Assembly: GCF_001194135.2 (NCBI RefSeq)
Contig: NC_068987.1
Coordinates: 1,471,477-1,535,476, forward strand
DNA: 64,000 nt
Reading direction: 5' to 3'
Origin: Octopus bimaculoides
Taxonomy: Eukaryota
Position numbers and translations under genes: made by a program. Under the pieces are notes generated by a model. The model saw nothing but the letters and a program-made list of their open reading frames with translations. It was not told the DNA's origin and searched no databases. Within the stretch, counting starts at the first letter, position 1. Each line of letters opens with the position of its first letter. Shown here one piece after another: positions 13,820-27,428 of the stretch.

Positions 13820-14340
13820 TGTATATTTAAGTGAAATAATCCCAGAATTTGGTGTTATGTTATCGGTAAACATATCTTTGGAAAATACGTATATAACCAG
13901 AATATATCTAAAAGTTATCACTCTAGAGATAAACTAAGAAAAAGCGACCCACAAGAAAATACGTTACAACACCTTACTTCCTTTTTATAGAAAAGATCAC
14001 ACCTGATTAAACTGAATCTAGGATAGAATCTTCATCAGTCATCTGTAAAGATTAAAATTTGATAAATAAAGATCAACTGATCGAGTCAATATGTGATTAT
14101 GTAGCAAACAAGTAGCTTCTGAAACTCTGATGTTTTTTGTTTGTAATATATCCCTTGATATATTGTCATAACACCGGTTAGTAAAGAGGGAGAAGTAGAG
14201 ATATCAATAATTTTACTGAGTTTAAGATATTTGTTGTGAAATCGTGGTCGGCTGAATGTTGCGTACCTCGTGCAACATTCGACTACTATTGCCAGTATAG
14301 ATTCAAGCTGCTGCCACGAGCCAGATATCGTTGACATAAC
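13820..14340 (-). mobile_element. Decayed Penelope-like RT remnant
   Basis: Collinear GIYYKQ, YRY-DD-like, FLDI-like and VYR motifs across frameshifts. Confidence 0.45.
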
Positions 14341-16343
14341 ATGCACATAAAATGAAAGAACTCAGTCCTCTATAGAATGTTTATCAGAGATAGAGATAGA
14401 GCTAGACTTGCGACTGCTGAGGTTGCTGTAATGATTCGTGACAGACCTACCTAGTTATCAATAAATATTCATTAATGTTAGCTTAATGATATGAAAGATA
14501 TATATGGTGTTATATTATAATTAGCCTTAGTTGTAATCCCATTTTAATTACAACAGCCATATAATTTAATTTAATTTTTTTTTTTACTTGGGTTTCATCA
14601 TGTGGACGATTTAAAATGAGAATGAAATGGTTTTATACATGATTAAGCCGGACTAGAAATTTTGACAACCTTGTAATGAGTAAGAAAAAATATTAACTCT
14701 GTACATTCGGCGCATCTTCCTCAGTACTCTTAGATTTAAAATTCGATCTCCTAAAGATTAATTTTGAATTGTTTATCTCCCTTATAAAAAGCTAGTCCCC
14801 AGGAATCACCACATTTTAAAAGATACAATTATGTTCCTTACATCATTGCAAACATATCTCACACCTGTTTCAATTTCAACAACTATACGATTCTTGTTAG
14901 GAGAATGACTTATCGTAAGTACACCAAACGTTTTGCGACTAATAAAACAACACATCTTCACATTTTTCTTTTTAAAATCTTCCACATAGAAAGTACAGCA
15001 AATTTACAATGTCGGCCTAGAACCATATACATATCAAAACTTCAACTTCAATGTAAAAAACAAAAACAGAACAAAAAAGAAACGCAGCTACTCACAACTC
15101 ACGTATAATTGCTCCCCATATAATATGTAAAGTATATACTTTTGTGACTAACTCAGCATATCTTTTTTAACATGGTAACTAATTCCGGTCACGATTACCG
15201 GAAGTGGTAAATTTATCATTATTATTATTATTATTGTATCTACTCCCGTTCACACTCCCATTTATCATTTATCACACCATAACTGTTCATCATTTTCTAT
15301 GTATTCCATTATATTGTCGTTCTTATTTAACAGGAATTAAAGCGGCACACTGCTCTTGGCTATCTTCACTTATAAATTATTTTGCACGCAATTACCCATG
15401 GAATATAGTCAACATATGTGTGAATATATATATATTATGTGCATGTATATATATGTATATACACAGATATATNNNNNNNNNNNNNNNNNNNNNNNNNNNN
15501 NNNNNNNNNNNNNNNNNNNNNNNNNNNNNNNNNNNNNNNNNNNNNNNNNNNNNNNNNNNNNNNNNNNNNNNNNNNNNNNNNNNNNNNNNNNNNNNNNNNN
15601 NNNNNNNNNNNNNNNNNNNNNNNNNNNNNNNNNNNNNNNNNNNNNNNNNNNNNNNNNNNNNNNNNNNNNNNNNNNNNNNNNNNNNNNNNNNNNNNNNNNN
15701 NNNNNNNNNNNNNNNNNNNNNNNNNNNNNNNNNNNNNNNNNNNNNNNNNNNNNNNNNNNNNNNNNNNNNNNNNNNNNNNNNNNNNNNNNNNNNNNNNNNN
15801 NNNNNNNNNNNNNNNNNNNNNNNNNNNNNNNNNNNNNNNNNNNNNNNNNNNNNNNNNNNNNNNNNNNNNNNNNNNNNNNNNNNNNNNNNNNNNNNNNNNN
15901 NNNNNNNNNNNNNNNNNNNNNNNNNNNNNNNNNNNNNNNNNNNNNNNNNNNNNNNNNNNNNNNNNNNNNNNNNNNNNNNNNNNNNNNNNNNNNNNNNNNN
16001 NNNNNNNNNNNNNNNNNNNNNNNNNNNNNNNNNNNNNNNNNNNNNNNNNNNNNNNNNNNNNNNNNNNNNNNNNNNNNNNNNNNNNNNNNNNNNNNNNNNN
16101 NNNNNNNNNNNNNNNNNNNNNNNNNNNNNNNNNNNNNNNNNNNNNNNNNNNNNNNNNNNNNNNNNNNNNNNNNNNNNNNNNNNNNNNNNNNNNNNNNNNN
16201 NNNNNNNNNNNNNNNNNNNNNNNNNNNNNNNNNNNNNNNNNNNNNNNNNNNNNNNNNNNNNNNNNNNNNNNNNNNNNNNNNNNNNNNNNNNNNNNNNNNN
16301 NNNNNNNNNNNNNNNNNNNNNNNNNNNNNNNNNNNNNNNNNNN

Positions 16344-16383
<40 letters not shown>

Positions 16384-16771
16384 ACGTATGAATGTAAGTA
16401 AACAAAAGGAAAATGTCAGCTAAGAACTGCATGTAGTCATGGCGAGTGAGACGAGGGTGAGATTTTGAGATCATGAATATTATTAACAAACGTCGGAAGA
16501 GCAACACTTTCATTATAAAGCAAACCGAATGTTTTTGGCAATCAAGTGCTTTTAACAATGTCTTAACTTAGCTGAACCTAAGAATAGAGGTAATTTGATT
16601 CCAAGTTAGATACTCCATTCATAGTTGTCTAGAAAATTTGTAGAAATCGGGGTGCACTGCTAAGTCTAAAGTGAGGCACCGCTAATGTTGAGCGATCGAT
16701 TGTTAATGCGATATTTATTGTAGATTGTTTATCGTCAGCATTCTATACAGTGATTAATGTTTATATATATT

Positions 16772-16808
<37 letters not shown>

Positions 16809-17358
16809 CACGCGCGCATACAATCACAGACACACACACACACACACATACACACACATAGAAAAAAACTTACATGCACACACAAATTATGGCTCAATAA
16901 TTAACACATACCTTGAACTGTACGCATACCGAGTGTGTGCATATATAACGCATATAAATATACATATACACATACATATATATGTGCGTAAAGATATACA
17001 GATATATGTGTGTGTATGTGTGTGCGTATACGTATGTTCATAAGCATAGTCATTTCTATATATGACCAGCTTGTGACTCACTGATGAACTCCAACGAGAT
17101 TGAAACATGTATTTTGTTTCAGCTGGTTCAGTTTGACGATCTGTTTCTAACTCGGTTATCTTTATTTTCCAAAACTCCAAAATGGCTCTTATTGTTTTGT
17201 TGTTGGAGGTATCTTCTTTGAATTCCGTTTTTTTAAAATTCTTTTTCTGTTTTTTTTTCTTTCTTTTTTTTTCTTAGAATTCGTTGTCACATAAAATATT
17301 GTCTTTTGTTGGACGGGTAATCGAAACTAATTTCATGTATTTCAACTTGCGATCTTCG

Positions 17359-17500
17359 TAAGCTGGCAGAATCGTGAACTCGCCGTGCGAAATGCTAAGC
17401 AGGATTTCATCTGATTTCACGTTCTTAGTTCATATTCTGCCGACGTCGACTTTAACCTTCATCCTTTCGGGGGTCGATAAAATAAGTACCAGAGCCAAAC
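17359..17500 (+). mobile_element. tRNA-derived SINE (OK/Meta-like), internally deleted
   Basis: AAGCTGGCAGAATCG...GTCGACTTTAACCTTCATCCTTTCGGGGGTCGATAAAATAAGTACCAG. Confidence 0.8.
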
Positions 17501-18481
17501 TTTGAAATCATCATCACCATTATTATTATTATTGTTGTTGAGCAGCATATCCCACTCAAAAGGTCCCTGAATAAGGGTTGTTTAAAGATGATGAACTATT
17601 ATTATTATTATTATAAGGTAATATAAACATTTTCAGCGTTGCAAAGGTGTTTCCTTAACTCGTCGCAATGCCGACCTGATACCAAGTAAATATTCTAAAT
17701 TTATAGGCCACAATGTAGCATGATACGGAGAAAAAAAACATTCATAGACTTTCTCAAGTTACAGGTTTTATTGTTTTGTGGGTCACTAATTTAATTTTGA
17801 TCTTTCTAGTGTGACTTCTTTTTTAAAAAATCTTTAGAGGGTTTAGGACAACCAAAATTGCTCATAATTGAAAATTTCGGTAGGAGAATAGACAAGTATG
17901 ACAGTTTTTGTTTGTTAAATATCATGTTATTTATATCTAAAGAAAAGTCTTATAAAAGCATAAAGTTTTGAGCGAAAGGTGTAGAGGCTATGATATTAAG
18001 CGGAGATTCTATTGAACGGAGATGAGGAGTTTTTCTTAGATTATATAAAAAAGAGAAGATGTCCTCCTAGTTACTTCTGAATAAAAGCCACATTGCTGTA
18101 TTAGTATTCAGTTCCGAAGATCTGTTCATTAGTTGAGGTTTGAGAATCAGGTTATAAATTATAGACCTGTTAATATGTTGTGTCGATGGAGGAAATTAAG
18201 TATTTCGTTAGCATTGCTGTGAGGGGAATACAAATAACCGAAGATGTTGAGGGCAATATAAATAGATTTCATTTTTCGTAGAGGAGTGTCAGTCGTTATT
18301 GAGAACATCAATTGCTTGAAGAAATTGTGAACTTTTTTCTGATGCAATCAGGGTCGTATCGGTATTGGTTGTTTAACAGTCTATCTTCGCAATAAAGCCA
18401 CCCATCATACCAAAAATAAAATCTNNNNNNNNNNTTGTTTATTAGGCTAAATTTATATACATGCTGCTGCAGAATTGTGGG

Positions 18482-18790
18482 CTAAATTCTCTTTATGTAC
18501 GTGTTGTATTCAAAACACAATCTGTGTCGCAAGGAGACGAACGTCGCGATAGACGCATTTCGCCTATCTTCAGGCTTGGAACTGATGTGCATTCGATTGT
18601 CTCCTGCACGAAATCTCTGCCCCTTGTCACCTAAACGAAATTTATGCCTCCATATAAAATCAACAATACTATGACGAAATCTTTGCGAGCTGTTAGACAG
18701 TGGCATGCTTCAAGAAAGACAAAATGCATCTGTCGTTCTTGTGAATCCCTGCAGCGAAGAAGTTCGCCTCGCGCCGACATTTTAATACGT
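18482..18790 (-). mobile_element. Possible piggyBac-like transposase C-terminal remnant
   Basis: DAFCLS*...QRFRHSIVDFI...VSLRHRLCFEYNT loosely resembles NA..LY / FR..I / C..C.V.LC..CF..YH; CpG-rich. Confidence 0.3.
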
Positions 18791-18963
18791 ATCTTTGAAT
18801 AGATTTTTTCTCAAACAATTCCACAACACCATGTCTTCTAACAGTGTGTATGCATTTAGTATTATATAGAGGTTGCTATTTAAATTTAATGCCGATTCAA
18901 CTAAGTATGACAATTATATATATTCATATATATGCATATGCATGTGTGTGCGTATATATATAC

Positions 18964-19018
<55 letters not shown>

Positions 19019-19370
19019 CACACCCACTCAAACTCACTTGTATATGTGTATGTATTACGGTTCTTGCTCTGTAAGCGTACAAAATGTAGGAACTATAAAA
19101 CAAATATAATTATAAAAACTTAAAGAAGTGGGAGAGATAAACAGAAGCAGGAATATTACATATGGCAAGTTAGTAACTTAACTTTGGCAACATAGAACAA
19201 AGAGTTAAAATACACCGCATTAATTTTGCATAACACTTGTGGAACTTCAATTATTCAAACAGATTAGCAGTGTAACTAGAAGCAATTATATGTCTTGTTG
19301 TTAAATAATTAGTTTGGGAGACAGTTTAAATAACCGAATAATGAAAATACAAACTTAATTGAGAAAAATG

Positions 19371-19411
<41 letters not shown>

Positions 19412-20672
19412 CTGTGTGTCTGTGTGCGTGCGCGCGCGCGCGTTCTTGCCTGTCGGTGTAGTTGTATGGCGTGTGCTAAGTAATGGATTTTTCTTAGAAG
19501 TCTGAAGGACTTACACCCCGGACCTGATGAGTACAATTTCGAATCGAACGTATGGCAAAAATGTTGAAATTATTAAATCGTCCAAAACATGGAATGAAGA
19601 ATTTAATCAGGTACTTTCAGACTTTTATGAACACGGAATGGTAAAATATGTCATGTACTTTTCGGTAAATTGATTTGGCGGTGGAATGTCTGAGTACCAA
19701 ACACCAATAATATTGCGTAGTGCACAGCTTAAAGAAAAACGGTGATGCTCTACACACACACACACACACACACGCACACACACACACGCACACACACACA
19801 CACACACACACATACACACACAGCGTGTGTTTGTATGTTTGCGCGTGTGCATATGTGTCTCCTTGTGTATGTATGTGTGTATGTACACGATAGTATATAT
19901 GTGTGTATGTTACGTATGTGTATTTATGTTTGTATAAGTGTGCGTATGTGTATATATATGTGTGTGTATGTATGTACGTATGTATATACACACATATACA
20001 CGCAAATGCACTCACTCACCTACATATTTGAATATATTTTTCCGCAACCGCGAGGCTGTAGAAAAAGTTGTCTGACTCCTTATTGTTAAGCTGCTTAAGT
20101 ATAACTCAAGTCAGTCCCTTTTGTATTATCGTTAAAAAGACTTGCTTAGAAATGACGTCATTACTGAGTTGACTACCGATGGAAAAATGCCGGTTGTGGC
20201 GCCGGACAAAAGCCGGTGTCTCGGCCGTTCATTAAAGCGCCGGTGTGTTAAGTGTTAGGAAAGGCCCATAAATAGGCTTTTTCGTTATATATCCATATGT
20301 TTGCTGTTGGTTAAAGTAGCAGTGAGTTTCTTATTGAAATCAAGGATGTTCCAAGTTGATTAATTGTACGTGACTGACTACTATGAGCGTTAATATAATA
20401 CCACACCTCCCCTCTATGTTTAGCTCCCTGTGGGTAATAAAGAAATAAATATAATACCACATCAATCAATGATTGCTTATTAGATATGACCATCGTCCTG
20501 ATTCTCGCGGTGATTCTGATGTCAATGTTGCAGCAGGTGAAACTCTGCTGAGCGAGATGTTGCTCGTGTTTGGGGAGAATAATCAACACAAGATATTAAT
20601 TCAGAAGTCAGAGTTAGTATGTCGTATTAAATTTATATACCCACGCATATATGTATGCATGTATGAATGTAT

Positions 20673-20768
<96 letters not shown>

Positions 20769-21599
20769 TAGGCATTAGTCCGCTTGTTATAAGGTGCCGC
20801 GCAGTGGAACTGAACCAGATACCATATGTGAACTTCTTAACGACTCATTTTAGCAATCCAACAGATAGATATAAAAAAAATATATCCCTTTAAAATCCGT
20901 AAATTTTGAATGGCTAACATTAGACTTCCAAGCTATGTTTTCATCAGTTTTATCCCATGGTGCCAGATGAAATCACTTGACAGACAAATATATCTCCGAA
21001 ACATAAGAATGTTACATTCATCTAAATAAATATATACATGTGAGTATATATATATGTGAGTATATTTACACATTTAATCTTTAGAAGAGGACAACAAAAT
21101 GAGGCTAAATAGCCTGACAAATAGTCTTTATGAAGGGGGATAGGAATAAAAGTATTTTATTGGCGACAAGAAGAATAAATATAAAGAAAAGAAATGGAAA
21201 ATATGAAGGAAGAAGGAAATTTAGATAAAAAAAAAGGATAAAGTAGAGACATATGACATATTCTTGTAAAGCATCGTATAACAGCCTACTTGTGGAGAAG
21301 GTTCATTTCAGTGCACGTCTATCTATTTGTAACATCTATTCAGTAATTTTATACGGACATATAATAATTAAAAGTGAAATTAAAACTGATAAGCAAAATG
21401 AAGTGTAAAATTGGAACACTTCAGGATACATCTCGACGAATATGTAATGATGTTTACGTTTACATGAGTGGCTTAAGCTTAGAAATAATGTCAGTATGAG
21501 AGGAATGCAATTATTTCAAAAATATATTTAAAAATACATAATGCATGGGAATAAAAAAGTATGAGCTTGTACACAGATATTTCGATATTTATATCTAAA

Positions 21600-21815
21600 G
21601 AAGGCGACGAACTGGCAGAAACGTTAGCGCGCCGGACGAAATGCTTACCGGTTTTACGTCTGTCTTTATGTTCTGAATTCAAATTCTACCGAGTTCGACT
21701 TTGCCTTTCATCCTTTCGGGATTGATAAATTAAGTACTAGTTACGTACTGGGGTCGATTTAATCGACTGGCTCCCTCTCCCAAAAATTTCGGGCCGTGTG
21801 CCTAGAGGAGAAAAG
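21600..21815 (+). mobile_element. Full-length tRNA-derived SINE (OK/Meta-like)
   Basis: GGCGACGAACTGGCAGAAACGTTAGCGCGCCGG...GACTTTGCCTTTCATCCTTTCGGG...TACTGGGGTCGAT. Confidence 0.9.
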
Positions 21816-21830
21816 GATATCTAGATCTAA

Positions 21831-21878
<48 letters not shown>

Positions 21879-22269
21879 GTGTGTGTACATATGTATGTAT
21901 ATCACTCAATTCTATTTCAAGCTTTCTTGCCAATAGAGAAAGGTGTATGTATGTATGTATGTATGTATGTATACCCACATCAAGTTGTTGAAACTTTAAT
22001 TGTATTACACCTATCTGTGTTCTTTATAATCTCCGTAACGAGGGCAAGATTCATAGAACGTAACACGATCTAAATTTTTCGCTTTCACCAGCTTCACTCT
22101 GAGGAAAATTCCTTAAATGGAAATTTTCAATGAAGGCCAACGTGATATTTTCTCTTCCACGCAAAACGCTAAAATGTGTAAACTTTCAAAAGAAAGCATC
22201 AACGTCAAAGTTCTGAAATTTTCCCTTTTTCTACTTTTGTAGAATACACAGTGTTGTGTATTCTATTTT

Positions 22270-22371
22270 GCATATGTCGTAGTGGTTAAGAGCGCGGGCA
22301 TATATCGTAGTGGTTAAGAGCGCGGGCTACTAACCCCAAGATTCCCAGTTCAATTCAAAGCAGTGACCCGA

Positions 22372-22407
<36 letters not shown>

Positions 22408-22845
22408 TCAAAATTAAAAGAAGAGTGCCATTTGCTATCTTGTGAACAATATTTCGACATATCGCGTGTTTTCCACTGGTTCAAAAAATAAATTTGTCAA
22501 TCTACTTCATTTTGGTTAATATAGAAAGGATTGAGGTAACTCCTCCTGAAGATATAGTCAAAATATTGTTCACAAGATAGCAAATGGCACTCTTCTTTTA
22601 ATTTTGACTCTCTATCTTCAGGAGGAGTTACCTCAATCCTTTCTATATTAATAATAATAATAATAATACCAACAACAACAACGAAAAATACTTTAAGAAT
22701 GATAATCCAGGTTCAAAATTTCCCCAAGACACCTGATGAAGGCTGGAGGGTATATCAGCCGAAACGTTGTTTTAACAAGATAAGAACATATATCCGTCAA
22801 ATGTAAATAATGAACATAATTCCTCACCTCTTAGTTACAGAACAG
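22270..22845 (+). mobile_element. tRNA-head/(AAT)n/hammerhead SINE-like element with 5' 28-nt duplication and an insertion inside the (AAT)n
   Basis: Head TCGTAGTGGTTAAGAGCGCGGGCTACTAACCCCAAG; body collinear with 53335-53640. Confidence 0.85.
22728..22773 (+). ncRNA. Minimal type-I hammerhead ribozyme
   Basis: GACAC-CUGAUGA-A-GGCUG(loop)CAGCC-GAAACGUU-GUUUU; core intact, one stem I mismatch. Confidence 0.7.
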
Positions 22846-23186
22846 TTAAAGGTAACATATTAAAATTATCCAACGGAATTTATCTCTTAATTCTTATTTT
22901 ATGGGAATTATTACTAGATTTATATTCTAACCGTTGAAAACCCTATTTTTATACCAGTGAGCAAGCCGGTTAACGTTTGGAGAAATCCCTTTCTAACTAC
23001 CAATATATAGTCAGCAGGTTCAAGCAGGAGACCTCCGTTATTAAGTAAACTGAACAACACACCCACGCCTTCAGCGATGATGTCGAATTTTATTTCATCA
23101 TCAAATTTTTATGTATGTCTCTGATTTCTCTTGAACAATTCCTTCAAAGTAATGCCGACATATAATACTGTCACAAAAATTCTAAC

Positions 23187-23303
23187 TATCATATTACTGT
23201 AGAACTAAATTACAATTATCATATTACTGTAGAACTAAATTTTAATTATCATATTACTATAGAAATAAATTACAATTATCATATTACTGTAGAAATAAAT
23301 ACA
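23187..23303. repeat. 30-bp tandem repeat x ~3.9
   Basis: Unit TATCATATTACTGTAGAACTAAATTACAAT at 23187, 23217, 23247 and 23277. Confidence 0.95.
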
Positions 23304-23759
23304 TTCAATGTTTTACTTTATTGTTCTCACAAGTATTTCTCGTTTGTTCTTTAAGCACACCAAAAATTATTTTTCCCCAACGGCGCTAGATTTGTTTCTG
23401 TTTCGAAAGACCAACAAAATTATTAACAGCAACATAGCAAGAATAACATAATTAACAAGAACAACAACAGGTTTAAAATTCCTACAAAAATAATTAAAGT
23501 AATGGCTTCAAATAATTTTTGATAGTTTTAAAATTTGATAATTTACCGTAAATTTTCTTAATTCTTACCAATATTTACACCTCGTTTTTAGTTCATAACT
23601 TTCTGCACAGACTAATGTACGTGTGTATATGTACAAATGCATGCCTGTGTATGTATATATGTGTTTGATGTATGCATACGTGTGTGTATTAGTTGAAAGC
23701 TTCTATGTATTTATTTATTTATGTTTCGCTTTATTTTGGCGATTTCTATTGCGACTTCT

Positions 23760-24370
23760 CGATTCTTCATTATTCCATCTTCTAAATTCATCCAATGTTT
23801 AACAAATTACTGCTGTGCACTCGAATAATATGTAATAGAAGCTGACAAGATGGCATTCAATTTGTCAATAGCTTCACATTATCCGCTATTTTTCTGAACA
23901 GTTCGCAATTATAGACGTCGCTGTTGATGATATACTATTTTTGCTTCATTGCACACTTAAACACCATTTTGCATAATCAAATCAAAATTGCAGTCACTTG
24001 CAGACAATTCTAAACTGAAGTTCCTTTTGGAAAATTTCCCGTCAAACCTCTGTAAAGTCAGCAATAATCCTTTTAATGAGGAAACATTGATCTACTTCTC
24101 AGTGTCAGCGTTTCTGCAATAATTACAATGCGGTATGGTCAGTAGGTTTGTATTTGCTGTATCTAATTCAGTAGTGTTTTGGCCAGCAATCGTAGAGAAA
24201 GAACAAAATAATTGACAGACATTCCACTCAAGAAATGTTTAATATATCAGCCATTAGCCACAATCTTAAGAATTGTTTCTCTGTTATTCATTTATCGAGT
24301 AATCGTTTAGAAAGAAAACAAGCTGTCCACAGTGAAGTAGGGCTGTACTTCTTGGAATCGTTTTATTTAC
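23760..24370 (-). mobile_element. Decayed CR1/L2-type LINE RT remnant
   Basis: TANTNLL, YIN.D...IADNVKL and LDEFRRW resemble T.TNLL / YINDL..FADD.KL / LD.L..W; heavily mutated. Confidence 0.5.
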
Positions 24371-25652
24371 CAGAATGACTTACTGCTGTTCACAGCAGTT
24401 ACGTTTGTTATTGACTTTGAAATTGTTCCGTTCAAACGAGGTTTACATCAATCTACATATGAAAAATAGCAGCTTCTGCTGCTGCTGCTGCTGCTACACA
24501 TTTACATACATTTTCATACTTCCTGCTGGTATATCCCTATATATATACATACACATTCATATATGTATATGTGTGTGTGTGTGTGAATATATATACAGGT
24601 ATGTATACACGCACACACACGTATACATATATGCTAGTGTTTGTTTCTATGTCAAGTTGTATATAAAACAGTTTTACATTAAACTGAAAGATTACTGATC
24701 TATTTTGTTAGAGCAGATGTTTATTAAACTTTCACTGGGAAAAAGATGAGAGTGACTTCGAAGTTACATAAGATTGCCCCCCGTTCGTCAGACAGTGCTA
24801 TACCTGATTTCTTTTTGGCTTTATATAATTTTCGGCAAGTCTTTTACGCTTTTGGCTGTCGGTAAGTGGTGGTGCGTGAAATGACAATTCGGTGTGGTGT
24901 AGGTAGGTGGAAGAAATATTGTATACACTATATATATATACAATATATATACACTTCCGGTCACTTCAGCAATGTAACTACACAGGTGCCGCTTCCTCTC
25001 CATTTTTCCTTCTCTCCCTTCTCCGAGCGTCAAGCCAATACGTTTCTTGTGCAGGTCCTTACGTTGGTTTGTTTTTCGTTATTGTATTTGAATTGTTTGT
25101 CTATTTGAATAGGCTATATATATATATATATATATATATATNNNNNNNNNNNNNNNNNNNNNNNNNNNNNNNNNNNNNNNNNNNNNNNNNNNNNNNNNNN
25201 NNNNNNNNNNNNNNNNNNNNNNNNNNNNNNNNNNNNNNNNNNNNNNNNNNNNNNNNNNNNNNNNNNNNNNNNNNNNNNNNNNNNNNNNNNNNNNNNNNNN
25301 NNNNNNNNNNNNNNNNNNNNNNNNNNNNNNNNNNNNNNNNNNNNNNNNNNNNNNNNNNNNNNNNNNNNNNNNNNNNNNNNNNNNNNNNNNNNNNNNNNNN
25401 NNNNNNNNNNNNNNNNNNNNNNNNNNNNNNNNNNNNNNNNNNNNNNNNNNNNNNNNNNNNNNNNNNNNNNNNNNNNNNNNNNNNNNNNNNNNNNNNNNNN
25501 NNNNNNNNNNNNNNNNNNNNNNNNNNNNNNNNNNNNNNNNNNNNNNNNNNNNNNNNNNNNNNNNNNNNNNNNNNNNNNNNNNNNNNNNNNNNNNNNNNNN
25601 NNNNNNNNNNNNNNNNNNNNNNNNNNNNNNNNNNNNNNNNNNNNNNNNNNNN

Positions 25653-25690
<38 letters not shown>

Positions 25691-25733
25691 TATATATAGT
25701 TAGAGTATTTTCTGTTACACACACACACACCCG

Positions 25734-25769
<36 letters not shown>

Positions 25770-26465
25770 TATATACACACACAGACATATATTTATGTAC
25801 GCGCGTTCGTACGTATGTGTACGTGTGTCTATAGTCGCATAAACACAACCACATGGATACAAATACTATAAGTACAAATATCAAAACCGCGGGTCTCAAA
25901 CTAATGTATAGATACACTACTTGCTAAAGCAGTGAAGAATGAGTCATTATTTATTGCACTCTTCCCTCTAAAACGGTCACAGGGTCAAACAAAAGGTCAG
26001 AAACGCTGTGATTCTTCCTGTAATGAGGTCATGCTTTATATCTTAACATTGACTTCTAGAAGAGCGGCATAAATATTTCTTGCCAATCGATCGCTTGTTC
26101 GATAAATGTGAGAGATGAGTTTGAAAGGAGCGTCACAATAAAAAATGTGCCATAAATAGTTTATCCTGACGCATCATGATTCTCAATTAAATAATAAAAA
26201 GATAGATAATTGTTCCTCACGAACAATTATCTATAAAATCGCAAAGCGCCTCACCAGGCGCTCTGTGATTTTTATCTCTACTAATATAGATAATGTTTCT
26301 GCAAAAGTTGGCGATATGTGTTTAAAGAAATTTTTACCTATTTCACAAAACTAATTGAAATTCTATGTACGCAGGGAAGCTAATTGATTTGGGATAACTG
26401 AGATACACCTAATTTAATGTTGTCTTACAGTTGTGTAGGAAACTACACACACACACACACACACA

Positions 26466-26509
<44 letters not shown>

Positions 26510-26865
26510 CACACATTACATGTTCATAAATTCCATCCAAGGATTATTCTATGTATATATATATAAGGTATTGGTAGGGTATAAGGAAAGCGCGTTTCCA
26601 ATGAAGCGCTCAACCCGAGTTCTGGGTTATCAATCCTGTCAAATTCCAGACTAATACCGAAATTCTTCTTGGTTTCGCGACTGTGAAACCGTTGTAAGAG
26701 TTTATTGAAGAGTAAAATGCAATGCAAATGAGAATACAACGAAATTCTTTAGCATATCTTTAACGATCAGTTACAAATGTTTCTGTACCAACTTTGTTAG
26801 CAACGCCAGTTTAACCCAAAATTCGAAGTGAAAATGTTTGTAATATATGGATTACAAACACACAC

Positions 26866-26901
<36 letters not shown>

Positions 26902-26926
26902 GTACAGAGATACATTCATTTATACG

Positions 26927-27214
26927 TTATGTACATCATTTACATTTGACGGATATTCGTCCTAATCTTGTTTGTTGTTAACACAACGGTTCGGCTGGTA
27001 TACTCTTCAGCCTTCATCAGGTGTCTTGGGGAAATTTAGAACCTGGGTTCTCATTCGTAAGGTATTTTTCGATGTTGTTGTTCATGTCACTGCCTGGAAT
27101 CGAACTCGGAATCTTGGGTTTAGTAGCCCGCGGTCTTAATCACTACGCCACATGCCCGTAGTTAAGTGCACGGGCTACTAATCCCAGGATTCCGAGTTCT
27201 AATCCAGGCAGTGA

Positions 27215-27253
<39 letters not shown>

Positions 27254-27360
27254 TATCGAAAAATACCTTAGGAATGAGAACCCAGGTGCGAAATTTGCCC
27301 AAGACACCCGATGAAGGCTGGAGGGTATATCAGCCGAATCAACAAACAAGAGGAGGACAA

Positions 27361-27364
<4 letters not shown>
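26927..27364. mobile_element. Head-to-head inverted dimer of the tRNA/hammerhead SINE-like element
   Basis: Minus copy 26927-27158 (A box rc 27141-27150, B box rc 27096-27107); 5'-truncated plus copy 27157-27364; both HHR cores mutated (GAACC; CCGAUGA plus deletion). Confidence 0.9.

Positions 27365-27428
<64 letters not shown>

Noticed and set aside
12806-16558. Long 270-395 aa ORFs here, and similar ones at 25, 35, 42, 46 and 50 kb
   Set aside because: They run through N gaps and (TA)n/(CA)n repeats; artefacts.
17075-17115. CUGAUGA...GAAACAUGUA hammerhead-like core
   Set aside because: No stem I complement, weak stem II and a single copy; possibly a decayed HHR but unsupported.
18550-18580. 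Minus-strand CUGAAGA-UAGGC-GAAAUGCGUC; a similar CUGAUGA at 19522
   Set aside because: Stem II is absent or too short and there is no stem I.
23187-23303. CRISPR-like 30-bp repeats
   Set aside because: Head-to-tail with no spacers, in a eukaryotic context; an ordinary minisatellite.
26265-26285. Helitron 3' end suggested by the nearby AGCGCCT/AGGCGCT hairpin (~26246-26263)
   Set aside because: No CTRR terminus at the expected distance downstream of the hairpin.
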